Of a stretch of DNA of 64,000 nucleotides, positions 28,652 to 38,056 are shown piece after piece (positions within the stretch are counted from its first letter, which is position 1; each line of letters opens with the position of its first letter). Where the stretch lies: the NCBI GenBank assembly GCA_964478945.1, contig CAYZJV010000008.1, positions 2,823-66,822 of the forward strand, written 5' to 3'. The DNA comes from an uncultured Spirochaetaceae bacterium (GTDB taxonomy: Bacteria; Spirochaetota; Spirochaetia; Sphaerochaetales; Sphaerochaetaceae). The notes below the pieces were generated by a model that made no database searches, was not told the DNA's origin, and saw only the letters and a list, made by a program, of their open reading frames with translations. The position numbers and the translations under genes were made by a program.

Positions 28652-29524
28652 ATGTTGGTAAAGAAAAATAGCTTTTACGATTATGCTTACCGTCGTTTCA
28701 GAAGGAACAAACTCGCTATCATAGGGACGGCCCTCACGATAATATTCCTGTTTATGGCGCTTTTCGCACCGATTCTGGCTCCGTACGGACCGTCGGAATT
28801 CTTCTTTGTCGAGGGACAGAACGTCTACAACAAGTATGCATCCCCGTCGATCGAGCATCTGTTGGGAACCGATTCCCTTGGTCGCGATGTGTTTTCCCGG
28901 TTGTTGTATGGGGCTAGGGTGACCATGATGGTTGCTCTGCTTTCGGTCATCATCTCAACAGTGATTGGCACGTTCATAGGGTTGGTGAGCGGATACTATG
29001 GAAAATTCGTTGATGCGGTATTCATGCGTATCGTCGATATCGTGATATCGTTTCCGGTATTGTTCCTTTTGATCTCGATTTCCACCATCATGGAACCTTC
29101 TATATGGATTGTGATATTCGCCATTGGGTTCGTGAGCTGGACGAAGACGGCAAGGCTGGTGAGAGGCGAGGTGCTCAGGGTGAAGGAGCTCGATTACATC
29201 TCTGCGGCGAATGCGAGTGGATCCTCTTCGCTGAAGATCATATTCAAACACATTTTGCCCAACATTCTGGCACCCATCATGGTGCAGGTGACGATCGGGA
29301 CCGCACAAGCCATTCTTATGGAGGCGTCCCTGAGCTTCCTTGGAGTGGGGGTCCAACAACCGACGCCCAGTTGGGGAAACATGTTGATGGATGCCCAGAA
29401 GCTTCTTGTATTGCGGGATATGCCATGGGTGTGGATACCTCCCGGCATGGTGACACTCCTGTTGGTGCTGGCGATCTATTTCGTCGGTGATGGTCTCAGA
29501 GATGCCTTCGACCCGAAGCAGTGA
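28652..29524 (+). CDS. Peptide ABC transporter permease (OppC/DppC-like)
   Basis: HLLGTDSLGRD, HILPN, GDGLRDAFDPK. Confidence 0.93.
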   Translation: MLVKKNSFYDYAYRRFRRNKLAIIGTALTIIFLFMALFAPILAPYGPSEFFFVEGQNVYNKYASPSIEHLLGTDSLGRDVFSRLLYGARVTMMVALLSVIISTVIGTFIGLVSGYYGKFVDAVFMRIVDIVISFPVLFLLISISTIMEPSIWIVIFAIGFVSWTKTARLVRGEVLRVKELDYISAANASGSSSLKIIFKHILPNILAPIMVQVTIGTAQAILMEASLSFLGVGVQQPTPSWGNMLMDAQKLLVLRDMPWVWIPPGMVTLLLVLAIYFVGDGLRDAFDPKQ

Positions 29525-29543
29525 TCCACAGGAGAATCCAGTT

Positions 29544-30527
29544 ATGAAGACAGTATTGGAAGTGAAGGATCTGAGTGTTCGTTTCAAGACTGAAGAGGGT
29601 TCATTCCATGCCATTGAAAAGGTGAGTTTCGACGTACAGGAACAAAAGACCCTCGCAATAGTCGGAGAATCGGGAAGTGGGAAGAGTGTGACTTCCCTGG
29701 CGATCATGCAATTGATCGCAGAGAATGGAAGCATCACTGGAGGAGAGATCTTCATCGATGGAGAGGATATCCTGAAGATGCCTCGCAAACAGGTGCAACA
29801 TTCGATTCTTGGAAAAAAGATCTCCATGATCTTTCAGGAGCCCATGACCGCTTTGAACCCGATTTTGAAAATTGGTGACCAGATCATGGAGAGTATTCTT
29901 GAACACCAGAAGATGGATAAGAGCGAAGCTCGCAGGATCGCTCTCCAAACCCTCAAGCAAGTGGGGATCCCCTCGCCCGAACAACGGTTCAAACAATACC
30001 CCCATGAATTGAGTGGCGGTATGCGGCAGAGGGTCATGATCGCGATGGGACTGGTCACCAAACCAAAGATCATGATCGCCGATGAGCCCACCACCGCACT
30101 TGATGTGACGATCGAGGCCCAGATACTGAATCTGCTCGAAGAGTTGAAGTCGACCTACAGGACTTCGATCCTGTTCGTCACGCATGACCTGAACATCGTG
30201 GCCGACATCGCCGACGATGTGATCGTGATGTACTGTGGACAGATTGTGGAGAAGGGTCCGGTGGTCGATATCTTCGAATCTCCGAAACATCCCTACACAA
30301 AAGGTCTGTTGGCAACCATGCCGTCCCTGGAAATGGATGAGAAGATACTCCCCACCATACCTGGGTCGGTACCGAACATCACCAGAAGGCCTTCCGGTTG
30401 TTATTTCCATCCTCGATGTGCCTCGGCAATGCCCAAATGTGCCGAACAGGCACCTGGGGAGACTCTGGTCGGAAATCAAAGGGTAAGGTGTTTCCTGTAT
30501 GAAGATGGAGAGGAAAACAATGGGTAA
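29544..30527 (+). CDS. Peptide ABC transporter ATPase (OppD-like)
   Basis: GESGSGKS, LSGGMRQR, DEPTTALD, oligo_HPY C-terminus. Confidence 0.95.
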   Translation: MKTVLEVKDLSVRFKTEEGSFHAIEKVSFDVQEQKTLAIVGESGSGKSVTSLAIMQLIAENGSITGGEIFIDGEDILKMPRKQVQHSILGKKISMIFQEPMTALNPILKIGDQIMESILEHQKMDKSEARRIALQTLKQVGIPSPEQRFKQYPHELSGGMRQRVMIAMGLVTKPKIMIADEPTTALDVTIEAQILNLLEELKSTYRTSILFVTHDLNIVADIADDVIVMYCGQIVEKGPVVDIFESPKHPYTKGLLATMPSLEMDEKILPTIPGSVPNITRRPSGCYFHPRCASAMPKCAEQAPGETLVGNQRVRCFLYEDGEENNG

Positions 30528-31524
30528 CGAACCTTTATTGAAAGTTGAACATCTGGATAAGTACTTCTTGCTTCAGAAAGCCTTGCGAAAGAAGCACACG
30601 GTGTATCTCAAGGCGGTGAACGATGTCTCCTTTTCAGTCCGGGAAGGGGAAACATTGGGTATCGTTGGCGAATCGGGATGTGGAAAGAGTACTCTTGGAA
30701 GAACTTTGATGCGCTTGTATGAACCCACTTCGGGTGTGGTGTGGTTCGATGGAAGAAATCTTGCTGAATTGAAGACCAACGAGTTGCGGGTGTTGAGGGA
30801 GAACATGCAGTACATCTTCCAAGACCCCTATAGTTCCATGAATCCGAAGATGACCATCCGAGATATCGTATCGGAACCTTTGGACAATTTCAGGAAAGGA
30901 ATGACTGCCAAGGAAAAGGAGGATCGGGTTGCCGAGCTCCTGGATTTGGTGGGATTGTCCAGGGAGGCGATGAATCGCTATCCCCACGAATTCAGTGGTG
31001 GACAACGGCAACGTATTGTGATAGCCCGAGGAATTGCCTTGAATCCAAAACTGTTGATTTGCGATGAGTCGGTATCGGCCTTGGATGTGTCCGTACAAGC
31101 CCAGATCATCAATCTGTTGCAGGAGTTGAAACAGAAATTGTCACTCACCTACCTGTTCATTTCACACGATCTCAGGGTGGTGAAATTTATCAGCGACAAG
31201 ATCATGGTCCTCTATCTTGGCGAGATCATGGAGGTCGCCTCCTCGGCAACCCTATTCGCAGATCCCAGACATCCCTACACCAAGTCGCTGATCAGGTCGA
31301 TCAGTGTCGGAGACCCTCGGATCAGAAATCCAAGACAAATTCTTGAAGGGGAAATTCCGAACCCGATGCATGCTCCCAAGGGATGTCCATTCTCCACCCG
31401 TTGTCCTATTGCGGTCAATCGATGTTCCGAGGAAAAACCTCCCATGGTTCAGGTGGACGACCATCATATCGCTCGATGTTTCTTTGTGGAAGGTTCCAAA
31501 GTGTCGGAAGACACATCCAAATAG
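30520..31524 (+). CDS. Peptide ABC transporter ATPase (OppF-like)
   Basis: GESGCGKST, FSGGQRQR, HPYT, GCPFSTRC. Confidence 0.95.
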   Translation: MGNEPLLKVEHLDKYFLLQKALRKKHTVYLKAVNDVSFSVREGETLGIVGESGCGKSTLGRTLMRLYEPTSGVVWFDGRNLAELKTNELRVLRENMQYIFQDPYSSMNPKMTIRDIVSEPLDNFRKGMTAKEKEDRVAELLDLVGLSREAMNRYPHEFSGGQRQRIVIARGIALNPKLLICDESVSALDVSVQAQIINLLQELKQKLSLTYLFISHDLRVVKFISDKIMVLYLGEIMEVASSATLFADPRHPYTKSLIRSISVGDPRIRNPRQILEGEIPNPMHAPKGCPFSTRCPIAVNRCSEEKPPMVQVDDHHIARCFFVEGSKVSEDTSK

Positions 31525-31562
31525 TACGAATGGAAAAATATTGCATAGGAGAGGTAGAGAAG

Positions 31563-31943
31563 ATGAAGAAGACCATAGCAACCACCAAAGCCCCGGCGGC
31601 TGTAGGACCGTATGCCCAGGCGTATCTGGCGAATGACACCCTATATGTTTCGGGACAGATCCCATTTGTTCCCGAGACCATGGAATTGGTGAGTACCGAT
31701 GTGGCGAAGCAGGCCACCCAATCGTTGAAGAATATTGCGGCGATTGTCGAAGAAGCAGGATTCGCACTTACCGATATCGTAAAATGCCAAGTGTTTCTCA
31801 AGGATATGAACGATTTCGCAAAAGTGAATGCAGCCTACGCCGAATTCTTCGGTACGCATACTCCTGCACGCGTGGCGGTTGAAGTCGCTCGTCTACCGAA
31901 GGATGTGGATGTTGAGATCGATGCCATCTGTGTGAAAGACTGA
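31563..31943 (+). CDS. ridA: RidA family reactive enamine/imine deaminase
   Basis: APAAVGPYAQA, SGQIP, PARVAVEV..LPK..VEI (catalytic Arg retained). Confidence 0.92.
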   Translation: MKKTIATTKAPAAVGPYAQAYLANDTLYVSGQIPFVPETMELVSTDVAKQATQSLKNIAAIVEEAGFALTDIVKCQVFLKDMNDFAKVNAAYAEFFGTHTPARVAVEVARLPKDVDVEIDAICVKD

Positions 31944-31958
31944 GATGCGGGAGGGCCG

Positions 31959-32630
31959 GTGATGGAAACTCGTGAAGAATTGCGCAGATATTTTCCGATA
32001 GCCGATTATATCGCGGCGATAAACGGAAAGAATTGCGAGGTGCTTATCCACGACCTGAGTGATCTGAACCACTCGATATGCCATATTGTGAATGGACATA
32101 TCACCAATCGATCGGTGGGAGGTTCCATCACCAATTATGCCCTTGAACTGTTGCAGAAGAAAGAATACTTGGACAAGGACAGCGTGACGAACTATACGGG
32201 AACAACCCGGGACGGGAAACGGATACTCCGTTCCTCCACCTATTTCATCAAGGATGATGGTGGGGAGGTCTTGGGTCTCCTGTGTGTCAATTTCGATATC
32301 ACGGACCTGTTGAGAACCCAGGAGGTCGTTTCCGATCTCTTGATCCTCAATTCATTGAAACGGTCCGAATCCGATGGAGTCGACAAGGGGGCCGAACGGT
32401 TCGACGGTTCGGTCGACGATATCGTACAGGAGATCATCGATACGGTCATTATCGAATCGGGACTCAAGTTGGTGGAATCGACCATTGCTGAAAAACGGAT
32501 ATTGATCGGAAAGATGGAGGCCAAGGGAGTCTTCAAGTTCAAGGGTGCGGTCACCAAGGTCGCCAATGTGCTCGGAGTCTCCTCCCAAACCATCTACCGC
32601 TACCTCCAAGCCATGAATAGGGAGGCGTAG
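31959..32630 (+). CDS. YheO/DauR-like PAS + HTH transcriptional regulator
   Basis: CEVLIHDL..NGHITNRSVG, LRSSTYFI, GVFKFKGAV..VANVLGVSSQTIYRYL. Confidence 0.9.
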   Translation: MMETREELRRYFPIADYIAAINGKNCEVLIHDLSDLNHSICHIVNGHITNRSVGGSITNYALELLQKKEYLDKDSVTNYTGTTRDGKRILRSSTYFIKDDGGEVLGLLCVNFDITDLLRTQEVVSDLLILNSLKRSESDGVDKGAERFDGSVDDIVQEIIDTVIIESGLKLVESTIAEKRILIGKMEAKGVFKFKGAVTKVANVLGVSSQTIYRYLQAMNREA

Positions 32631-32631
32631 T

Positions 32632-33855
32632 TTGGACATACGGGAATTGATGGACAGGGGATTCAGATCACTCGAGGGTGGTTTGTTCAATTCCGTCGGC
32701 AAGGCTGACGTGGGTGAAGGTGTTGGGCAATTGCTTGAACAAGGGATAGATATCCTGGCTTGGGCAGATCCGTTTTTTCCCGATCCTTCCATTCCCGAAT
32801 CGGTACAACAGGTGATGGTCGATGCGATCAAAAGCGGGTATCCCTCCCATTATTCGATGCCGATCGGAATGAAGGAGCTGCGTCGGGAGATTGCGCGAAA
32901 AGTCCATCTGCAAACCGGTTTGGATATCGATCCATCGAGAAATGTCATCGTCACTCCCGGTTCCGACTCCGGGTTGCTCTATGCGATGATGCCATTCATC
33001 TCACCGGGAGACGAGGTGCTTGTTCCCGATCCAAGTTATCCCAGCAATTTCCTCAATCCAACCCTGTTGGGAGCAAAGACGGTTGCCGTTCCCTTGGATG
33101 CCCGGCATGGGTATGCGATAGATATTGCGGAATTCGAGAAAAGAACGAACCGAAACACCAAAATGGTGCTGTTGACCCATCCGAACAATCCGACCACCAC
33201 AGTATTCGACAGGGAACAATTGGAAGCACTGGCTGGATTCATCATACGACGAAACCTGATTTTGGTATGCGACCAGGCGTTCGAGGACCACATCTTCGAT
33301 GGGCGTCAATTCGTCTCACCGGCCACGATGGAGGGGATGTGGGAGCGGACTGTTACCGTCTGTTCCATTTCCAAAGGTTTGGGCTTGAGTGGATTCCGCA
33401 TCGGTTACATCTACGCACACGATAGGATCATGGATGTGTTGTACGGGGGTGCGGTGAATGTATTGGGAGCGAGTGCGACCATCACTTCGATCGGTGCTGT
33501 GCAAGCCTTGCGCGAAACGGAATACCTGAAGTCGCTCACAACTCGGCACGATAGACGGCGAATGCTCGCTTACGAGTGTTTTTCCAAGATTCCGGGGGTG
33601 AAGATGAGTCCAAGTGAAAGCGGCATCCTTTCTTGGCTCGATGTCTCCCGTTTGGGGTCATCGGATGAAGTGGTGGCATTTCTTCTGGAGCATGCCAAGG
33701 TTCTGGTCAATTCAGGTGTTCCCTATGGAACCCAAGGTGAGGGCCACATACGTGTGGTCACCAGTTGCTTCGCAGACGATGCGAAGGCCATGGAGGTGTT
33801 CGCCAGGATGGCCGACGCACTTTCCTTGTTGGCGAGGAAGAACCACTTGATATGA
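32632..33855 (+). CDS. PLP-dependent aminotransferase class I/II
   Basis: HPNNPTT, DQAF, SISKGLGLSGFRIG; TTG start. Confidence 0.88.
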   Translation: MDIRELMDRGFRSLEGGLFNSVGKADVGEGVGQLLEQGIDILAWADPFFPDPSIPESVQQVMVDAIKSGYPSHYSMPIGMKELRREIARKVHLQTGLDIDPSRNVIVTPGSDSGLLYAMMPFISPGDEVLVPDPSYPSNFLNPTLLGAKTVAVPLDARHGYAIDIAEFEKRTNRNTKMVLLTHPNNPTTTVFDREQLEALAGFIIRRNLILVCDQAFEDHIFDGRQFVSPATMEGMWERTVTVCSISKGLGLSGFRIGYIYAHDRIMDVLYGGAVNVLGASATITSIGAVQALRETEYLKSLTTRHDRRRMLAYECFSKIPGVKMSPSESGILSWLDVSRLGSSDEVVAFLLEHAKVLVNSGVPYGTQGEGHIRVVTSCFADDAKAMEVFARMADALSLLARKNHLI

Positions 33856-33858
33856 CAC

Positions 33859-35166
33859 TCAAATGAGGTGGAGCTGCTCCTGCCTCCCACTGTAGAAGTG
33901 GACTTTTCCATCTTTGTATAGGATATCGATCTCTTGTCCGTACATGATGGTCATTCCATCCCACGCCGCCATCGGTTCCATCACATTCAATTCCATCGCA
34001 TAGCAGGTACTGTCGTGGACAATCCGTTCACCTGCGATCGGGACGAATTGCTGATTCCCAAAACTGCCGATGGTAGGTCCCGGTCCATGACCGTAGATGC
34101 CTATCGGATGGGAATAGATCATCGGTCGTGCGATACCTTCCGACTTGGCTTTTTCCAAAGCTTCCTTGAGGATAGTGTTTCCGCTCTTGCCTTCTGTGAA
34201 GACACTGGCGAGGATGTCTTGGGTTCTTGCCGCTTTGGAATGGATGTGTGCAAGTTCTCTTATCACGAGATCGTCATCCTCGTTTCCCGTCACATACGCC
34301 ATTTCCTGAACATCGGAACACAGGTTCCCATAACGGACTCCGAAATCGCAATGGAGCAGATCACCACTTTGGATCACCGCGTCATCGGCTTCAATATGTG
34401 CCGCACCTCTTCTGCGAATCCATACGGTGGCATCAAACCAGGGAGACATACCCAATCTCAACGCACTTTCCATCAGATGGAAACGGGCGGTTCCAATGGT
34501 CGTGGTTCCCGCAATGATGTTGATACGGCTGTAACACTCCCGTATGATCCTGCGGGTTTCATCGGTGATGAACCGCATGAGCTCGATTTCCTTCTCCACT
34601 CTTGTCTCGAGCCATCTGATGGTGATTTCCTCGGCTGAGATGAAACGGTCATGGAAAATTGGGTCGATGGATTTCAGAAGGTGATCATGGTTCGTCTTGG
34701 ATAGCCCATCGGAGAACGGTGTATTGGAACTGATGTCCAACGCGATGTTCGCGGGGTTCCTTTCCCCGACGACCCGTCCGATGCATTCCCAAAGATCCTC
34801 TTGTGCCATACTTCTGATCTTTTCGAGATCGTACTGCGGTGCGAAATTGGTATAAAAGGTTTCGAAGTCAAATCCTTTTGGTTTCAGCAGCACCGGATTG
34901 TAGAACTTGTCGATGGAGAAGTCGGGTTTCGATACGATCAATCGTTCGACTTTTCCCTGTTGTCTATGGAATATGAAGGCGGCGGTTCTCCGGGCATGAA
35001 AAAAACTGCTGGGGAGGAAGGATTTCACACATGGTCCTTCGTTGTATTCATCACCGATCACGATCCACATATCGGTTCCGGTTTCTTCCATCACCTGTGG
35101 CAAAACTGTTTCCAAACGTTCGAGCAATATCTCATCCTGCAACTTGAACAGGCTCTGAAGTGTCAT
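33859..35166 (-). CDS. M24 family metallopeptidase (divergent Xaa-Pro aminopeptidase-like)
   Basis: LHCDFG..LCSDVQEM, SHPIG..GHGPGP, AMELN. Confidence 0.8.
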   Translation of the reverse strand: MTLQSLFKLQDEILLERLETVLPQVMEETGTDMWIVIGDEYNEGPCVKSFLPSSFFHARRTAAFIFHRQQGKVERLIVSKPDFSIDKFYNPVLLKPKGFDFETFYTNFAPQYDLEKIRSMAQEDLWECIGRVVGERNPANIALDISSNTPFSDGLSKTNHDHLLKSIDPIFHDRFISAEEITIRWLETRVEKEIELMRFITDETRRIIRECYSRINIIAGTTTIGTARFHLMESALRLGMSPWFDATVWIRRRGAAHIEADDAVIQSGDLLHCDFGVRYGNLCSDVQEMAYVTGNEDDDLVIRELAHIHSKAARTQDILASVFTEGKSGNTILKEALEKAKSEGIARPMIYSHPIGIYGHGPGPTIGSFGNQQFVPIAGERIVHDSTCYAMELNVMEPMAAWDGMTIMYGQEIDILYKDGKVHFYSGRQEQLHLI

Positions 35167-35196
35167 GAGGGATCTCCTTGCAAAGGCATATGGATG

Positions 35197-36783
35197 TCAC
35201 ATGCCGAATATGTGCATATAGGCTTGCAATGCTTCGTCGCTTCCACCACCATCGAGTACTTTGTTGGCCAGGACCTTGCCCAATTGGACTCCCTCTTGGT
35301 CGAAACTGTTGATATTCCAGACAAAGCCTTGGAACATCACCTTGTTCTCGTAATGGGAAAGAAGGGCTCCGAGCGTCTCGGGGATGAGCTTGTCAGCGAA
35401 CAGAAGACTGGAGTACCGGTTGCCTTCAAAACGTTTGTTGGCGTTCTGGTCTTCCTTTCCAATTGCAAATGCGACGATCTGGGCAATCAGGTTGGCCATC
35501 AATTTCGCTTGACTGGTTGATCCCGCGGTTACAATATCCTTTCCCCGTTGGGACTCCCTGAACCCGATGAATTGGAGGGGAACCGTATCCGTACCCTGAT
35601 GCAACAGTTGGTAGAATGAATGTTGACCATTGGTTCCCGGTTCTCCGAAGATCACCGGTCCGGTCTGGTAATCGATTCCCTCACCGTCGCGGTTCACCTG
35701 TTTCCCATTGCTCTCCATGTCCAACTGTTGCAGGTGTGCGGGGAAGCGGGAAAGTGCCTGTGAGTAGGGGAGTATCGCAGTGAAGGGAAAATGGAGCACA
35801 TTTCTGAGATACACGCCCACCAAGGCATCCATCAATGCGGCATTCTTGGTGATGTCGGGTTCCAATGCTGCCTTGTCCGCATCATGCGCTCCGGAAAGGA
35901 GTTGTTCGAAGACCTCGGGACCAAATGCGATGGAAAGGACCACCGCACCCACAGCACTGGTTGAGGAGTAGCGTCCTCCGATGTAGTCGTCGATATGGAA
36001 GGCAGCCAACACCTCCTTCGAGGATGCGAGGACACTGGTCTTGCTGGTGACGGCAACCATGTGTTTGGCCGGATCAAGCCCCTTGATGCCCGAATCCGAC
36101 ATGGCTTTGCGTACCAGTTCATAATTGGTAAGGGTTTCTTGGGTGGTTCCGCTTTTTGATACCAGAATGAAGAGCGTCCGTTCGAAATCCATTCCTGCGA
36201 GCACCTGTGCGGCATCGTCCGGGTCCACATTCGATATGAAGCGGCACTCCCTGCAGTCCAGTTTGGTACCTTTTGCCCAACCTTCGAGTGCCAGATAGAG
36301 GGCCCTCGGTCCTAGATCGCTTCCTCCGATACCGATCTGTACCACTGTCGAGATGGTGTTTCCAGTGGAACCTTTGATTTCACCGCTTCTCACTGCATTC
36401 GCGAATTCTCCGATCGCAGCGAGTTGTTTCTTGTAGAAATCACCTTTTTCCTCTCCATCGGCGAAGACCGAAGTGTCTTCACCAAGTACCCGTCCACGTG
36501 TGAGATGGTGGAGTACCAAGCGTTTCTCCCCCGTGTTCATCATTTCTCCCGAGAGAACAGATTGATACTTCTCCATCAGATCCTGTTCATCGGCCAATTG
36601 TTGGAGGACGGAAATATGGGTGTCGTCGATCGGCATCGATGCCCAATTGTAGGAGAGTCCAGCTCCAGACGGTATCGATGCTTGTTCGATGCGTTCTGCG
36701 GTAAGGACGGTGTGCAGGTCCACAGGTTCCAGTTTCTTGAGGCGCGCATATGCCTGGGTGTCGGAAAGATTCATGAATCGCAT
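35197..36783 (-). CDS. pgi: Glucose-6-phosphate isomerase
   Basis: IGIGGSDLGP, VSKSGTTQET, GGRYS, QQLDMESNGK, NSFDQEGVQLGK. Confidence 0.97.
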   Translation of the reverse strand: MRFMNLSDTQAYARLKKLEPVDLHTVLTAERIEQASIPSGAGLSYNWASMPIDDTHISVLQQLADEQDLMEKYQSVLSGEMMNTGEKRLVLHHLTRGRVLGEDTSVFADGEEKGDFYKKQLAAIGEFANAVRSGEIKGSTGNTISTVVQIGIGGSDLGPRALYLALEGWAKGTKLDCRECRFISNVDPDDAAQVLAGMDFERTLFILVSKSGTTQETLTNYELVRKAMSDSGIKGLDPAKHMVAVTSKTSVLASSKEVLAAFHIDDYIGGRYSSTSAVGAVVLSIAFGPEVFEQLLSGAHDADKAALEPDITKNAALMDALVGVYLRNVLHFPFTAILPYSQALSRFPAHLQQLDMESNGKQVNRDGEGIDYQTGPVIFGEPGTNGQHSFYQLLHQGTDTVPLQFIGFRESQRGKDIVTAGSTSQAKLMANLIAQIVAFAIGKEDQNANKRFEGNRYSSLLFADKLIPETLGALLSHYENKVMFQGFVWNINSFDQEGVQLGKVLANKVLDGGGSDEALQAYMHIFGM

Positions 36784-36851
36784 GACGGACTCCTTTTTTT
36801 TCCATTGGGTCTGGGGGAATTGTATAGCAGGAACAGTAGGACGGCAACGCC

Positions 36852-37322
36852 CTATGCTTCGATTTCGGGAATCCTGAGTTTGAAACTTTCCAGCAAATCC
36901 TCTTTGGTCATTCCTTCACGGAGAATGACGAAAATGGTGTCGTCACCTGCAAGCGTGCCGAGAATTTCAGGGAGTGCAAGGATATCCAATGCGAAGGCAA
37001 CACTGTTGGCGTGTCCGCTCCGTGTCTTGATCACACCGAAATTGTGACTGAACTCGATGGAAAGGACGCCCCTTCTCACATCTTGGATATAACTCTTTTC
37101 GGATTCGGAAATGAGGTCATTCTCGGGAAGCGAGTAATAGTATCCCGACCAGCCGTCGGAGATCTTGCCGACCTTCAGCATCTTAAGATCACGCGAGAGT
37201 GTCGCTTGGGTGACTTTGTAGCCCTCTTTCGCCAAAAGATCGAGCAATGTATCCTGATTGTCGATCCTGTTGTTCTTGATCAGTTCCTTGACCACTGAAA
37301 GTCGTGTATGTCGTTCCTTCAT
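36852..37322 (-). CDS. argR: Arginine repressor
   Basis: VTQATLSRDL and GTLAGDDTIF. Confidence 0.95.
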   Translation of the reverse strand: MKERHTRLSVVKELIKNNRIDNQDTLLDLLAKEGYKVTQATLSRDLKMLKVGKISDGWSGYYYSLPENDLISESEKSYIQDVRRGVLSIEFSHNFGVIKTRSGHANSVAFALDILALPEILGTLAGDDTIFVILREGMTKEDLLESFKLRIPEIEA

Positions 37323-37334
37323 CGGTGTCTCCGT

Positions 37335-37374
37335 TTGGAATATTTATTCTTATTTGCTTGTATGAATATACATG
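37335..37374. promoter_or_regulatory. Tandem ARG-box-like operators over the argR promoter
   Basis: TTGGAATATTTATTCTTA (37335-52) and CTTGTATGAATATACATG (37357-74). The second overlaps the -10 of minus-strand TTGCGT-17-TATATT. Confidence 0.6.
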
Positions 37375-37500
37375 ACTATCCCTATTAACGCAAGGATATT
37401 GCACCTGAAACATCATGGCTGGACGAATGCCACAAGTGGTTATATGATTGTCCTATGTGTCCGGTGTGAACTACTCAATCTTCGGTTCTGGGGGTGTCCT

Positions 37501-38049
37501 ATGGCGATTGTCATTATTATTGCAATCCTTGTCGTGCTCGTAGTGTATGGAATATCCATCTACAACAAATTCATTCGGTTGAAAAACCAGAGTGAGGAAT
37601 CCGTCGCGGCGATCGATGCCAATCTGAAAAAGCGCTACGACCTTGTGCCGAATCTGGTGGAGACGGTGAAAGGGTACGCCAAACACGAGAAGGAGACCCT
37701 CACCGCAGTCATCGATGCACGCAACAGGGCGATGGGGGCAACCACCTTGACCGAGAAGAATGATGCGGCGAATGCATTCTCGGCAACCCTGAAGAATCTG
37801 TTCGCATTGAGCGAGAGTTATCCCGATCTGAAGGCAAACCAGGGATTTCTCGATTTGCAGGCCCAATTGCAAAAGATCGAGGATGATCTGTTGCATGCCC
37901 GCAAGTATTATAATGCTGTGGTAGGGGATTTCAATACCATGGTGCAGTCCATTCCCTCTTCTCTCGTGGCGGGTATGGCCCATTTCTCAAAACTCCCCTA
38001 TCTGGCGATCGAGGAAGAGGCACGTGCCAGAGTCGATGTGAAGTTCTAA
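37501..38049 (+). CDS. lemA: LemA family protein
   Basis: N-terminal TM, RYDLVPNLVETVKGYA.HE, ESYPDLKA, RKYYN. Confidence 0.93.
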   Translation: MAIVIIIAILVVLVVYGISIYNKFIRLKNQSEESVAAIDANLKKRYDLVPNLVETVKGYAKHEKETLTAVIDARNRAMGATTLTEKNDAANAFSATLKNLFALSESYPDLKANQGFLDLQAQLQKIEDDLLHARKYYNAVVGDFNTMVQSIPSSLVAGMAHFSKLPYLAIEEEARARVDVKF

Positions 38050-38056
38050 GGGGTTT

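Noticed and set aside
36784-36851. pgi under ArgR control via argR read-through
   Set aside because: pgi has its own apparent promoter (minus strand TTGCCG-17-TACAAT) in the gap.
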